DNA of 64,000 bases from NCBI GenBank assembly GCA_002269645.1, contig NIVC01001130.1, positions 186,001 through 250,000 of the forward strand, in the 5' to 3' direction. Position numbers and translations under genes: made by a program. The stretch comes from Macrostomum lignano (taxonomy: Eukaryota). Positions 24,670-38,942 of the stretch are shown one piece after another; the first letter of the stretch is position 1; every line of letters begins with the position of its first letter. The notes under the pieces are model-generated. The model saw nothing but the letters and a program-made list of their open reading frames with translations. It ran no database searches and was not told the DNA's origin.

Positions 24670-25037
24670 GTTTGTCCGCAGTGGCAGGTGAGCGGCAGAA
24701 TAGTCTCTACAGAGTACACAGCCTCCCGCAGCTGGAAGACCTCCAGACAGGCCGGGCAGAACACGGTCGAAGCAATTTTACGCACAACCAGCAGAGCCTG
24801 ACAGCGGCAGCGCACGTAGCGGGTGCTGGGTAGCGGCGCCTTGAGCGGAGTGACGTAGCGGCACTCGGTGCAGCGGTAGAACGGCTCGCTAGAGGAGTTC
24901 ACGAGGCCCGGCGAGCCGCAGCGCAGACAGACCACGTTGTCCCGTTTGTAATCGTAGAGATCTCTGAGAGCTTCCAGCAGCTGCTCTGTAGGCTGCTGCT
25001 TGGCTAGGTTGTCATAGTAACCCTTTATCAGGTCCAT
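24670..25037 (-). CDS. TMEM55: TMEM55/PIP4P-like exon 1: Cys-rich zinc-binding domain
   Basis: [40 protein letters not shown] aligns with TMEM55 CRVC..[34 protein letters not shown]; ATG 25037; AC|GTGAG donor. Confidence 0.8.
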
Positions 25038-25496
25038 TTGAGTGTCTGTCTCATTTGTTGTTCATTAGAATAAGTCACTCAGAAACAAAAGCCCGCCCTC
25101 GAAGCAGAAGCGTCTCGAGCGACTTTGTAACATAGACTAATTTATTCATTGGTGGTGAGCACTTGGTCTGGTATGAGATCGCCTGGGGTATGCAGCGCTA
25201 ATGACGTAATTATGTATATAATATTTGTCTGTTCTTTTGGTTCCTATGGCAGAGAAAGGCCGAGGACGCTGTAGGTTAATTATGGTGAAAATGGGTCACA
25301 AAGCACTTATTAAAAATTAGTTATTATGAGCCTTTAATTTAAGTTTATCCCATGTTCTGGAATCTCTCCGCTGTTATTATATACTAGCAATCTAGTGCCC
25401 CCCTTCAGGGCACCCAATAAGCAAGGAACAAAAATTATTCATGCAAAGCCATTAAAAAGCACATTTTCTTAGGAACCAATTCTTAAGAAAAACAAT

Positions 25497-26032
25497 TCCC
25501 CCAGATAGCAAGCATCCCCCCAGATAGCAAGCATCCCCCAGATAGCAAGCATCCCCCAGATAGAAAGCATCCCCCAGATAGAAAGCATCCCCCAGATAGA
25601 AAGCATCCCCCAGATAGAAAGCATCCCCCAGATAGAAAGCATCCCCCAGATAGAAAGCATCCCCCAGATAGAAAGCATCCCCCAGAGATAAAGCATCCCC
25701 CAGATAGAAAATCCCCCAGAGAGAAAGCATCCCCCAGATAGAAAATCCCCCAGAGAGAAAGCATCCCCCAGATAGAAAATCCCCCAGAGAGAAAGCATCC
25801 CCCAGATAGAAAATCCCCCAGAGATAAAGCATCCCCCAGATAGAAAATCCCCCAGAGAGAAAGCATCCCCCAGATAGAAAATCCCCCAGAGAGAAAGCAT
25901 CCCCAGATAGAAAATCCCCCAGAGAGAAAGCATCCCCAGATAGAAAATCCCCCAGAGAGAAAGCATCCCCCAGATAGAAAATCCCCCAGAGAGAAAGCAT
26001 CCCCCAGAGAGAAAGCATCCCCCAGAGAGAAA
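25497..26032. repeat. 18-bp minisatellite (ATCCCCCAGATAGAAAGC) grading into ~35-bp composite
   Basis: Direct periodicity. Confidence 0.93.
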
Positions 26033-26557
26033 GCCAAACCCCAGACACTCTGTGCCTTCGGGCTGGCCCTTATGGCTGTGAGTCGCACAACAATCCCCAA
26101 CCAATTTTCTTGCACAAGCCTAAAAGTCGGGCTAAAAATTCTACAAAAATATTCGCATATTTCTACTTCAAGTAGGCGTTCGCATAAAACTGTTTAATTT
26201 AAAAAAATCGGCTCTAAAAAAGTCGAGCCGTGCATGGAATGATCCCGCCTGCTTCTGACGTCTTTCAGGACAAGCTAATATGCAGAAAAAATTAATAACA
26301 ATAGAACCATTGCAGGCTGCCCGTCCGTGCCTTTCCAGCGCTTTCAAATTTAGCTTCTCTGTTTGTTTCCCATTTTCTGATTTCATCCACCACATCTGGG
26401 TAAAAATAATAATTGGGCTGGCTGAAAGGAAACTTAATGAAATGGGACTAAATAGGCATTGATGGGGAGCGGGTCTCCGTGCGGGGCTCTATTTTCCGTC
26501 ATGAGGATTCTCTTCTGTTTTTTCTGCCTAATAGAACAATAAACAGCAGCTCAACTC

Positions 26558-26950
26558 ATTATCTACCTCACTGACTCCATATCTACCTCACTGAATCAAT
26601 ATCTACCTCACTGAATCCATATCTACTTAACTGAATCCATATCTACCTCACGGAATCCATATCTACCTCACTGACTCCATACCTACCTCACTGAATCCAT
26701 ATCTACCTCACTGAATCCATATCTACCTCACTGACTCCATATCTACCTCACGGAATCCATATCTACCTCACTGACTCCATATCTACCTCACTGACTCCAT
26801 ATCTACCTCACTGACTCCATATCTACCTCACTGACTCCATATCTACCTCACTGACTACATACCTACCTCACTGAATCCATACCTACCTCACTGAATCCAT
26901 ATCTACCTCACTGAATCCATATCTACTTTATTGAATCCATATCTACCTTA
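26558..26950. repeat. 20-bp minisatellite (ATCTACCTCACTGAMTCCAT), ~19 copies
   Basis: Direct periodicity. Confidence 0.95.
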
Positions 26951-26959
26951 TCTACTTTA

Positions 26960-27950
26960 TCCTCACCTCACCCCGATCTACACTCTCCTCAATCCGCTCT
27001 ACACCCTCCCCAATCCGGTCTACACCCTCCCCAATCCTGTCCACACCCTCCCCAATCCGGTCTACACCCTCCCCGATCCGGTCTACACCCTCCCCGATCC
27101 GGTATACACCCTCCCCGATCCTGTCTACACCCTCGTCAATCCGGTCTACACCCTCCCCGATCCGGTCTACACCCTCCCCGATCCGGTCTACACCCTCCCC
27201 GATCCGGTCTACGCCCTCCCCGATCCGGTCTACACCCTCCCCGATCCGGTCTACACCCTCCCCGATCCGGTCTACACCCTCCCCAATGCGGTTTACACCC
27301 TCCCCGATCCGGTCTACACCCTCCCCAATCCGGTTTACACCCTCCCCAATCCTTTCCACACCCTCCCCAATCCGGTCTACACCCTCCCCAATCCGGTTTA
27401 CACCCTCCCCAATCCTGTCCACACCCTCCCCAATCCGGTATACACCCTCCCCGATCCTGTCTACACCCTCCCCGATCCGGTCTACACCCTCCCCAATCCG
27501 GTATACACCCTCCCCAATCCTGTCCACACCCTCCCCAATCCGGTCTACACCCTCCCCAATCCGGTCTACACCCTCCCCAATCCTGTCCACACCCTCCCCA
27601 ATCCGGTCTACACCCTCCCCGATCCGGTCTACACCCTCCCCGATCCGGTATACACCCTCCCCGATCCTGTCTACACCCTCGTCAATCCGGTCTACACCCT
27701 CCCCGATCCGGTCTACACCCTCCCCGATCCGGTCTACACCCTCCCCGATCCGGTCTACGCCCTCCCCGATCCGGTCTACACCCTCCCCGATCCGGTCTAC
27801 ACCCTCCCCGATCCGGTCTACACCCTCCCCGATCCGGTCTCCACCCTCCCCGATCCGCTCTACACTCTCCCCGATCCGGTCTACACCCTCCCCGATCCGG
27901 TCTACACCCTCCCCGATCCGGTCTACACCCTCCCCGATCCGGTCTACACT
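26960..27950. repeat. 21-bp minisatellite (CCGATCCGGTCTACACCCTCC), ~46 copies
   Basis: Direct periodicity; source of the LPDPVYT pseudo-ORF. Confidence 0.96.
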
Positions 27951-28404
27951 CGCCTCAATCCACTTTTACGAGCGTATCTACCTCGCAACTCGCATAGCAG
28001 TCCCCCGTCTGTAGCACCTGAGCCCATACCTGCGATTGGATTAATTAATATGCAACCAATTTTTTCTAGGGCAATTCAGAACTTGAACATACTTTAATAA
28101 ACACCTGCAAGCTTCTCATTAACTATTTCCGGTCTAAAACAACTTCATTTTCGTTTTCGACAACTAGCGCAGGAAAAATAACAACACATTCTTTTCAAAT
28201 TTGTTTAAGTTAGAAAAACTGTCAATGCAAAGTTATTTCGTGTCCTGAGAGACACAAAGATCCTGTTGTTGCTAACAATCCATGCAAACCGTTGACGCCA
28301 ATAAATTACTAAATGTCTTGGCGGACTACCTGGCTTGTAGTACATTTACATGTAGTTAAGTCGTAAATTAACTTCAGCAGCGGATCTTTGCTGAACGAAA
28401 TAGA

Positions 28405-28765
28405 TAAGATCTACAAGATCGATCAGATCTACTAGATAAGGTGTACAAGATCGATGAGATCTACGAAATGAGATATACAAGATTAATCAAATCTACTGGA
28501 TGAGATCTACAAGATCGATCAACTCTGCTAGATGAGATCTACAAGATTAATCAAATCTACTGGATGAGATCTGCAAGATCGATCAGACCTACTAGATGAG
28601 ATCTACAAGATCGATCAGATCTACTAGATGAGATCTACAAGATCGATCAGATCTACTAGATGAGATCTACAAGATCTATCAGATCTAATAGAAAAGATCT
28701 ACAAGATCGATCAGATCTACTAGATGAGGTCGACAAGATCGATAAAATCTACTAGATGAGATCTA
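28405..28765. repeat. Degenerate 32-bp GATC-rich minisatellite (GATGAGATCTACAAGATCGATCAGATCTACTA)
   Basis: Direct periodicity. Confidence 0.88.
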
Positions 28766-29374
28766 CAATATTTAAGCCAAAGTCTATCAGATTAGCAGCT
28801 GCGCTCAAACAGGCAATGAAAAAACTGGCCCCAGTCGTATCCATGCACAAAACCTTACTCTTAAACAGAGATCGGTGGGTAGACTGCACGCACCCGTACA
28901 GCGGCCTAAGAAGCGAAAAGAAGAGATGCGCCAGGCAAATGTAGGCGGCGGAGACAGAAGAAGCGAGTCAGGAAATGCAATTAGCGGTTCGGTCGCTTTG
29001 GTGTCTCTCGGGGCGTGTCATTCGCTTTGTGAAGTTTTTAGCACCTGCCGGAGACTCCAGCTATGAACTGCAGTTGCCGCGTATAATTCGTGTATGAATT
29101 ATAGACGAACATTGAAATTAAAACTTCGGGATCATTAGCCTCGGAGAGAGTTTGTGAAGTAGAGGATGAGGGTTTCGGTTGCAAAATTAGCCTTTAGCCA
29201 ATGGGCTACGGCCTAATATTCGTACCCTTAATTAAAATATGGGAATTTGCTTTTGAGAAGACTGAAGCGGCCGGGTTTAAAATAATAACACCTTCACTTG
29301 AGACTGGGGTGTCAGATTTGAGATTGGGATTTTTCGGAGACTGGGTGTTAGATATAAAATTAATTTGAAATAAG

Positions 29375-30350
29375 AACACCTGGTTTGAGATAAGGACACC
29401 TGGTTTGAGATAAGGACATCTGGTTTGAGATAAGGACACCTGGTTTGAGATAAGGACACCTGGTTTGAGATAAGGACACCTGGTTTGAGATAAGGACACC
29501 TGGTTTGAGATAAGGACACCTGGTTTGAGATAAGGACATCTGGTTTGAGATAAGGACACCTGATTTGAGATAAGGACACCTGGTTTGAGATAAGGACACC
29601 TGGTTTGAGATAAGGACACCTGGTTTGAGATAAGGACACCTGGTTTGAGATAAAGACACCTGGTTTGAGATAAAGACACCTGGTTTGAGATAAGGACACC
29701 TGGTTTGAGATAAGGACACCTGGTTTGAGATAAGGACACCTGGTTTAAGATAAGGACATCTGGTTTGAGATAAGGACACCTGGTTTGAGATAAGGACACC
29801 TGGTTTGAGATAAGGACACCTGGTTTGAGATAAGGACACCTGATTTGAGATAAGGACACCTGGTTTGAGATAAGGACACCTGGTTTGAGATAAGGACACC
29901 TGGTTTGAGATAAGGACACCTGGTTTGAGATAAGGACACCTGGTTTGAGATAAGGACACCTGGTTTGAGATAAGGACACCTGGTTTGAGATAAGGACACC
30001 TGGTTTGAGATAAGGACACCTGGTTTGAGATAAGGACACCTGGTTTGAGATAAGGACACCTGGTTTGAGATAAGGACACCTGGTTTGAGATAAGGACACC
30101 TGGTTTGAGATAAGGACACCTGGTTTGAGATAAGGACACCTGGTTTGAGATAAGGACACCTGGTTTGAGATAAGGACACCTGATTTGAGATAAGGACACC
30201 TGGTTTGAGATAAGGACACCTGGTTTGAGATAAGGACACCTGGTTTGAGATAAGGACACCTGGTTTGAGATAAGGACACCTGATTTGAGATAAGGACACC
30301 TGGTTTGAGATAAGGACACCTGGTTTGAGATAGCTGGTTTAAGGACACCT
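29375..30350. repeat. 20-bp minisatellite (TGGTTTGAGATAAGGACACC), ~47 copies
   Basis: Direct periodicity. Confidence 0.97.
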
Positions 30351-30799
30351 GGCGAATGATCAGAGAGCCTGTATTGGGACACAGATAAAGACAGGTTTTA
30401 GTTGGGCGGTGACACCCCAGGTCAGGCGGCTGTTTTGACTTCGCCAAAACACCGATTTCTGCCCCCCCCCCCAAAAGTTCGACGCAGCTGCAGCTGAAGA
30501 CTGAAACGAGGGGTTTGTCATACGAGCGTCAACCGCTTGATGGATGACATGTTAGCTGAATATTCAGGCAGCTGCACCTGGACAACACCTGATTTATGGT
30601 CTCTGCAAGCTGGGAATTCAGGCCCAATGTTGGCCAGCTGCTGACAGGGACGGAGAACTGATTGCGGCCCGACAGTTCATTGAAAAATAGCATCGTTAAA
30701 AGCTGAATCAGGCAGTGTGAACTTGAAAAGCGAAAGGGCAGCGTTTCATAAATAGGAGCAGGTGCTCCCGGTACTCCGAACGGTTGCCAAGGACAGTCA

Positions 30800-31438
<639 letters not shown>

Positions 31439-32067
31439 CATTTTAATTGACATTCGCGGCTGCCAGCTGAAATTCAAACCCGCCCGCCAGAATTATTGCT
31501 TCATTCCTTCCCAAGCGCGGCAGGAAAAGCAAACTTTGCTGCTGAGAGCGAGCTGTATAGATTTTTGCTTCTTATTTCACACTTGCGCTTGCCCGAGAGT
31601 TCTCTTTCGCTTCTCTCCTCTCTCTAAGCCGGTACTCCGAGCATGGGTGAAGGTTGAGTTGTGTAAACAAGCCGAATCTCCCAACTTCTTCCTGACGTGT
31701 GACCACGGGTGGCGCAGACCGTGAAGCATTGGGGGTGGGAGAGGAAGGAGAGGGGGCGAGTTTAATATTAACTGGCACGCGTGCTCGAGTCAGTCAGACA
31801 ACAAAGATTTCAAAAAGGCACACAGCCAACACGGCGCGACGGGGGCGGAGCAGGTTGAATGGAAATTAAGGTCACCTTGACGACGACAGAGAAGTCCCCG
31901 AGAAAGTCACGATTTTATAGGCGGTAGGAGCGCACAGGTGCGATGGGACATTATGGGAGAATCTCTGCTCTTATTTGGGGGGAGGGAATGGCCGGAAGCC
32001 TCTGGAAATGGCGCTGGCTGCAGAGCACTGAGCGCAGGTTACTGATTGACTGGTAGGTCACGGATTA

Positions 32068-33470
32068 CAGTGTTCTGGGGATTAGATAGCAGTGTTCTGG
32101 GGATTAGATAGCAGTGTTCTGGGGATTTGATAGCAGTGTTCTGGGGATTTGATAGCAGTGTACTGTGGATTTGATAGCAGTGTACTGGGGATTAGATAGC
32201 AGTGTTCTGGGGATTAGATAGCAGTGTTCTGGGGATTAGATAGCAGTGTTCTGGGGATTAGATAGCAGTGTTCTGGGGATTAGATAGCAGTGTTCTGGGA
32301 ATTAGATAGCAGTGTACTGTGGATTTGATAGCAGTGTTCTGGGGATTTGATAGCAGTGTACTGTGGATTTGATAGCAGTGTACTGTGGATTTGATAGCAG
32401 TGTACTGTGAATTTGATAGCAGTGTACTGTGGATTTGATAGCAGTGTTCTGGGGATTTGATAACAGTGTACTGTGGATTTGATGGGAGTGTACTGTGGAT
32501 TTGATAGCAGTGTACTGTGGATTTGATAGCAGTGTACTGGGGATTAGATAGCAGTGTTCTGGGGATTAGATAGCAGTGTTCTGAGGATTTGATAGCAGTG
32601 TACTGTGGATTTGATAGCAGTGTACTGTGGATTTGATAGCAGTGTACTGGGGATTTGATAGCAGTGTACTGGGGATTTGATAGCAGTGTACTGGGGATTT
32701 GATAGCAGTGTACTGTGGATTTGATAGCAGTGTACTGTGGATTTGATAGCAGTGTACTGTGGATTTGATAGCAGTGTACTGTGGATTTGATAGCAGTGTA
32801 CTGGGGATTTGATAGCAGTGTACTGAGGATTTGATAGCAGTGTACTGTGGATTTGATAGCAGTGTACTGTGGATTTGATAGCAGTGTACTGTGGATTTGA
32901 TAGCAGTGTACTGTGGATTTGATAGCAGTGTACTGTGGATTTGATAGCAGTGTACTGGGGATTTGATAGCAGTGTACTGGGGATTTGATAGCAGTGTACT
33001 GGGGATTTGATAGCAGTGTACTGTGGATTTGATAGCAGTGTACTGTGGATTTGATAGCAGTGTACTGTGGATTTGATAGCAGTGTACTGGGGATTTGATA
33101 GCAGTGTACTGAGGATTTGATAGCAGTGTACTGTGGATTTGATAGCAGTGTACTGAGGATTTGATAGCAGTGTACTGTGGATTTGATAGCAGTGTACTGT
33201 GGATTTGATAGCAGTGTACTGTGGATTTGATAGCAGTGTACTGTGGATTTGATAGCAGTGTACTGTGGATTTGATAGCAGTGTACTGAGGATTTGATAGC
33301 AGTGTACTGTGGATTTGATAGCAGTGTACTGTGGATTTGATAGCAGTGTACTGTGGATTTGATAGCAGTGTACTGTGGATTTGATAGCAGTGTACTGGGG
33401 ATTTGATAGCAGTGTACTGGGGATTTGATAGCAGTGTACTGTGGATCAGACCGCAGTGTACTGGGGATCA
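32068..33470. repeat. 22-bp minisatellite (GATTTGATAGCAGTGTACTGTG), ~63 copies
   Basis: Direct periodicity. Confidence 0.97.
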
Positions 33471-34214
33471 GACTGCTTCTATGTGCTAGAATGTGTCCAA
33501 AACTAGTCCCATATAGTCCCAAATGAAGTTGGTTTAGAAGGGTGAACGTTTATGAACATGGATTCGACAGCGATGCAAAATAATGGATTGGTCATGTGAC
33601 AGCCAATCAAAGCCGTACACTGGTGTATACGAGTATCTGCATATACCATGTATTATAGCCCCGTGTATCTACAAAATGACTAATGTCCAGCTTCCTCAGA
33701 GCATCTGGGAATAACAGATGAAACGGTTTATCACGCAGGGCAAGCCTGGCTGTCCAGATCGAGATAGCGGAATACGCGAATCGCCACGCCTCACTGACAC
33801 ACCTGAAAGCCGCACAGTAACAGATAATATATGCGGACTGCTCAAGCCGGTTCTATTGAGTCCACCCGAGCGCAACAAGAGTAGATGGCAGCTACTCAGG
33901 CTTCTGTTTTATCTCTTTAATCTTCTTCTTTTCTGCGCTTCTGTGCTCAGCTATACGCAACTCTTTTTGCTGTCCTACTCGTCCGTTTCTTCATCCTTTC
34001 ACTCATCTGACAGGCTAAGGAGAAGATCAGGAGAATCCCTGCGGAGAGGGGAGCTTAGTCGAAATCAGATCGGCTTTGTGTGGCCCGCCACCTTCTGCAG
34101 AGAGTGCGTCAGTTTGATAGGCTGAGACCTGCCCGCGTGACATAAGCTGACAGACAAAAGGACAAGCTGACAGGCATTCACTGAAACGTGCCTACAGACT
34201 TCAAGAAAGGCGCA

Positions 34215-36590
34215 TTCCAAGAAATACTGATTCCAAGAAAGACTCACTCTAAGAAATACCGATTCCAAGAAAGACTAACTCTAAGAAATACCGATTCCAA
34301 GAAAGACTCACTCTAAGAAATACTGATTCCAAGAAAGGCTCACTCTAAGAAATACCGATTCCAAGAAAGACTCACTCTAAGAAATACCGATTCCAAGAAA
34401 GACTCACTCTAAGAAATACTGATTCCAAGAAAGACTCACTCTAAGAAATACCGATTCCAAGAAAGACTCACTCTAAGAAATACCGATTCCAAGAAAGACT
34501 CACTCTAAGAAATACCGATTCCAAGAAAGACTCACTCTAAGAAATACCGATTCCAAGAAAGACTCACTCTAAGACATAAACATTTCAAGAAAGACTCACT
34601 CTAAGACATACAGATTCCAAGAAAGACTCACTCTAAGAAATACTGATTCCAAGAAAGACTCACTCTAAGAAATACTGATTCCAAGAAAGACTCACTCTAA
34701 GAAATACCGATTCCAAGAAAGACTCACTCTAAGAAATACCGATTCCAAGAAAGACTCACTCTAAGACATAAATATTCCAAGAAAGACTCACTCTAAGACA
34801 TACAGATTCCAAGAAAGACTAACTCTAAGAAATACCGATTCCAAGAAAGACTCACTCTAAGAAATACCGATTCCAAGAAAGACTAACTCTAAGAAATAAA
34901 TATTCCAAGAAAGACTCACTCTAAGAAATACCGATTCCAAGAAAGACTCACTCTAAGAAATACCGATTCCAAGAAAGACTCACTCTAAGAAATACCGATT
35001 CCAAGAAAGACTGACTCTAAGACATAAATATTCCAAGAAAGACTGACTCTAAGACATAAATATTCCAAGAAAGACTGACTCTAAGAAATACTGATTCCAA
35101 GAAAGACTCACTCTAAGAAATACTGATTCCAAGAAAGACTCACTCTAAGAAATACTGATTCCAAGAAAGACTCACTCTAAGAAATACCGATTCCAAGAAA
35201 GACTCACTCTAAGAAATACCGATTCCAAGAAAGACTCACTCTAAGAAATACCGATTCCAAGAAAGACTCACTCTAAGAAATACCGATTCCAAGAAAGACT
35301 AACTCTAAGAAATAAATATTCCAAGAAAGACTCACTCTAAGAAATACCGATTCCAAGAAAGACTCACTCTAAGAAATACCGATTCCAAGAAAGACTCACT
35401 CTAAGAAATACTGATTCCAAGAAAGACTCACTCTAAGAAATACCGATTCCAAGAAAGACTCACTCTAAGAAATACCGATTCCAAGAAAGACTCACTCTAA
35501 GAAATACCGATTCCAAGAAAGACTAACTCTAAGAAATACCGATTCCAAGAAAGACTCACTCTAAGAAATACCGATTCCAAGAAAGACTAACTCTAAGAAA
35601 TAAATATTCCAAGAAAGACTCACTCTAAGAAATACCGATTCCAAGAAAGACTCACTCTAAGAAATACCGATTCCAAGAAAGACTCACTCTAAGAAATACC
35701 GATTCCAAGAAAGACTCACTCTAAGAAATACCGATTCCAAGAAAGACTGACTCTAAGACATAAATATTCCAAGAAAGACTGACTCTAAGAAATACTGATT
35801 CCAAGAAAGACTCACTCTAAGAAATACTGATTCCAAGAAAGACTCACTCTAAGAAATACCGATTCCAAGAAAGACTCACTCTAAGAAATACCGATTCCAA
35901 GAAAGACTCACTCTAAGAAATACCGATTCCAAGAAAGACTAACTCTAAGAAATAAATATTCCAAGAAAGACTCACTCTAAGAAATACCGATTCCAAGAAA
36001 GACTCACTCTAAGAAATACCGATTCCAAGAAAGACTCACTCTAAGAAATACCGATTCCAAGAAAGACTAACTCTAAGAAATAAATATTCCAAGAAAGACT
36101 CACTCTAAGAAATACCGATTCCAAGAAAGACTCACTCTAAGAAATACCGATTCCAAGAAAGACTCACTCTAAGAAATACCGATTCCAAGAAAGACTCACT
36201 CTAAGAAATACCGATTCCAAGAAAGACTCACTCTAAGACATAAACATTTCAAGAAAGACTCACTCTAAGACATACAGATTCCAAGAAAGACTCACTCTAA
36301 GAAATACTGATTCCAAGAAAGACTCACTCTAAGAAATACTGATTCCAAGAAAGACTCACTCTAAGAAATACCGATTCCAAGAAAGACTCACTCTAAGAAA
36401 TACCGATTCCAAGAAAGACTCACTCTAAGACATAAATATTCCAAGAAAGACTCACTCTAAGACATACCGATTCCAAGAAAGACTCACTCTAAGAAATACT
36501 GATTCCAAGAAAGACTCACTCTAAGAAATACTGATTCCAAGAAAGACTCACTCTAAGAAATACTGATTCCAAGAAAGACTCACTCCAAGA
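34215..36590. repeat. 32-bp minisatellite (TTCCAAGAAAGACTCACTCTAAGAAATACCGA), ~74 copies
   Basis: Direct periodicity. Confidence 0.97.
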
Positions 36591-36637
36591 AAGATTCTAA
36601 AAAGACTTATATTTGGACAGGGTTGAAGCAAGAAGAC

Positions 36638-36782
36638 AAACTGACACTAAGACAGACTGACGAACTGACAAACTGACACTGAGACAAACTGATACTAAGA
36701 CAGACTGACAAACTGACAAACTGACAAACTGACACTGAGACGGACTGACACTGAGACAAACTGATACTAAGACAGACTGACA
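36638..36782. repeat. Degenerate GAC(T/A)-based repeat related to the TAAGACAGAC family
   Basis: ACTGACAA / ACTAAGACAGACTGAC reiterations. Confidence 0.7.
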
Positions 36783-38102
36783 CAAAGGCATGTTGAAACA
36801 TGCTGTTTTTAAAAGACTAAAATGAGGCGAACACAGAGACACTTTTTAGAAGGTGTTTTGAAAAAGTGTTAAAGATAAACAGGCCCAATTATCAGGACCC
36901 ATATAGGTCGTATTTATACTTCAACAGAAATGCGCCCCTAGACAAACTCGATCAAGCGGACAAACGCAATGCAATTCCTGTAATTCTACTGAACTGCCTA
37001 GAAAGCAACTCATCACTTCTCTTGACATCCTCCTGTTTAGAAAAAAACTTCCTTCATTCACCGTATTGTTACAGTCGAACCAGGGATCGGATTGAAGCTT
37101 TTTATTATTAACAACGGAAGTTCACCATCGGGTTTAACTATAGCTATTGGATTCTATTCAAAATATTTTCAGTCAATCATCTTCACCAAAAATTCATGAC
37201 GAGCTGCTCTATAGGCGGTACTGGAGGTTGTGCACTTTGAGAGAGTAAAAAATATCCAGGAGAAATGGCATTTCAACATTTCAGCGTCTAACATATAAAA
37301 CATTGATCGTTTGTTTTCATCAGAAGCGCGTGTACAAAAACTGAGGAAATCGACAATTAGGCACTGTTCACACATTGCAACAGTTATCCAGAAATCCCCC
37401 AGCTGCGTAGCTAAACTCGCTTTTTAACACAGCTGAGACTAAACACAGAAAAACCTCTGGCTCGGCGATGGGCGCGGCGGTTAGTTATTTATTGTCAGGA
37501 TATTGCACTGTTGATGGGGGAGAGATGCTGGAAGAGCTGCAAAAGGCAAAGGATATGCTGGTGAAAGAGACTAGACAAGGGGGGTACGTAGAATGGATTG
37601 AGTAATATGAGAGAACAGCAAGAGAAGAGTCGGATAGAGAGGGTAGAGAGGGAGAATAGAGAGCAGAGAGGAAGAGAAGAAAGATAAGAGGGGAAAAATC
37701 CACGATAGTTCAAAAACAGCCTGGGCCCTGCGGGCAAGGCGCATAAGATGAAGGTGGCGGGGAACAGGGAGACAAAGAGTCGATAAGAAATTAATCCGAT
37801 GTGTCTCAATAACTCGAAACAGAGCTTTCATCTCCAACCCCTTGGGGCAGGTTGAAGAGCTGGCCTGGAATTCCGAACTGGATTATTGAGCGAAAGGGCC
37901 GCCCGCGAATTTCCCTTCTAATTGTACAAGCAAACTCGCTCTCAGAGCGTTGCCGCCTCCAGCGCAGACTTTGTCCATCGATGCGTCTTGCTAATGGAAT
38001 AGAAATTTCCCAGCACCTGCGGCAGCTGCACCGTGGGACACCTGCTCCCGCTACTCAACTCTGAAGGCCTTTAGAGAGAGAAAGTCTCAGTAGACAGAAG
38101 TC

Positions 38103-38263
38103 TGACTGACTGACTGACTGACGACTGACTGACTGACTGACTGACTGACTGACTGACTGACTGACTGACTGACTGACTGACTGACTGACTGACTGACTGA
38201 CTGACTGACTGACTGACTGACTGACTGACTGACTGACTGACTGACTGACTGACTGACTGACTG
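38103..38263. repeat. (GACT)n microsatellite
   Basis: Direct periodicity. Confidence 0.97.
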
Positions 38264-38942
38264 CAGAGCAGTACTAACAGCTTGTGTTCGAAGTTCTGAG
38301 TCCCATAAGACGCAGCCTGTTTGCTTGAGGTCAGAAAGACGGAGGCAGAAGCAGTGGACAGAACAAACTCCGAGTGATTAAGATCCAATCTTTGAGGCGA
38401 GGCGCCTAAAGCTCTAAAGCTGCTGATAAAGAAAAGAAACGCGCCAGGAACCGGCCGGAGGCGAAATTAGATTTGCTTTTGGCCCGCCAAGTCGCAACTT
38501 TGGTCGGCTTCTTTTTCTTCTCGAAGACCGCTTTGGGCCCTGTTTGCCCATCCTGGATGTGCTTTTTTGCGCTCCCTTTCCTCTCTCCTCTCCCTCTCTC
38601 TCTCTCATCCATCCGTATCCCGCCGGGCGCTAAAAGAACAAGCAGAGCAAAGAGAAGAAGCGGCGTTAAATCAGGCGCCACTGAAAACTTTTATAATCGG
38701 GGCCGGGGACGATTGTGTTTTCCAAGGACAACTAAAAATTCTAAGGACGAGTCTGTCTCTCTCGCTCCTGATTATAGAGGCGCAAGCGCATTGGCTGGGC
38801 CGGTCAGGCAGAGAGCGGCAGGGGGAGTTCCAGGCCGCCTGTTTAAGCAGGATCCCGCCGAGCTTTGGGGGGCCGCTTATACCCTGGGGCCGTCACTCAC
38901 TAATAGACCTGTATCGCCTTTGAGAAGCCTCGAGAGCCTCTC

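Noticed and set aside
33718-34125. 135-aa ORF with a hydrophobic stretch between two arrays
   Set aside because: No homology cues; the hydrophobicity derives from a T/C-rich tract; no convincing splice partners
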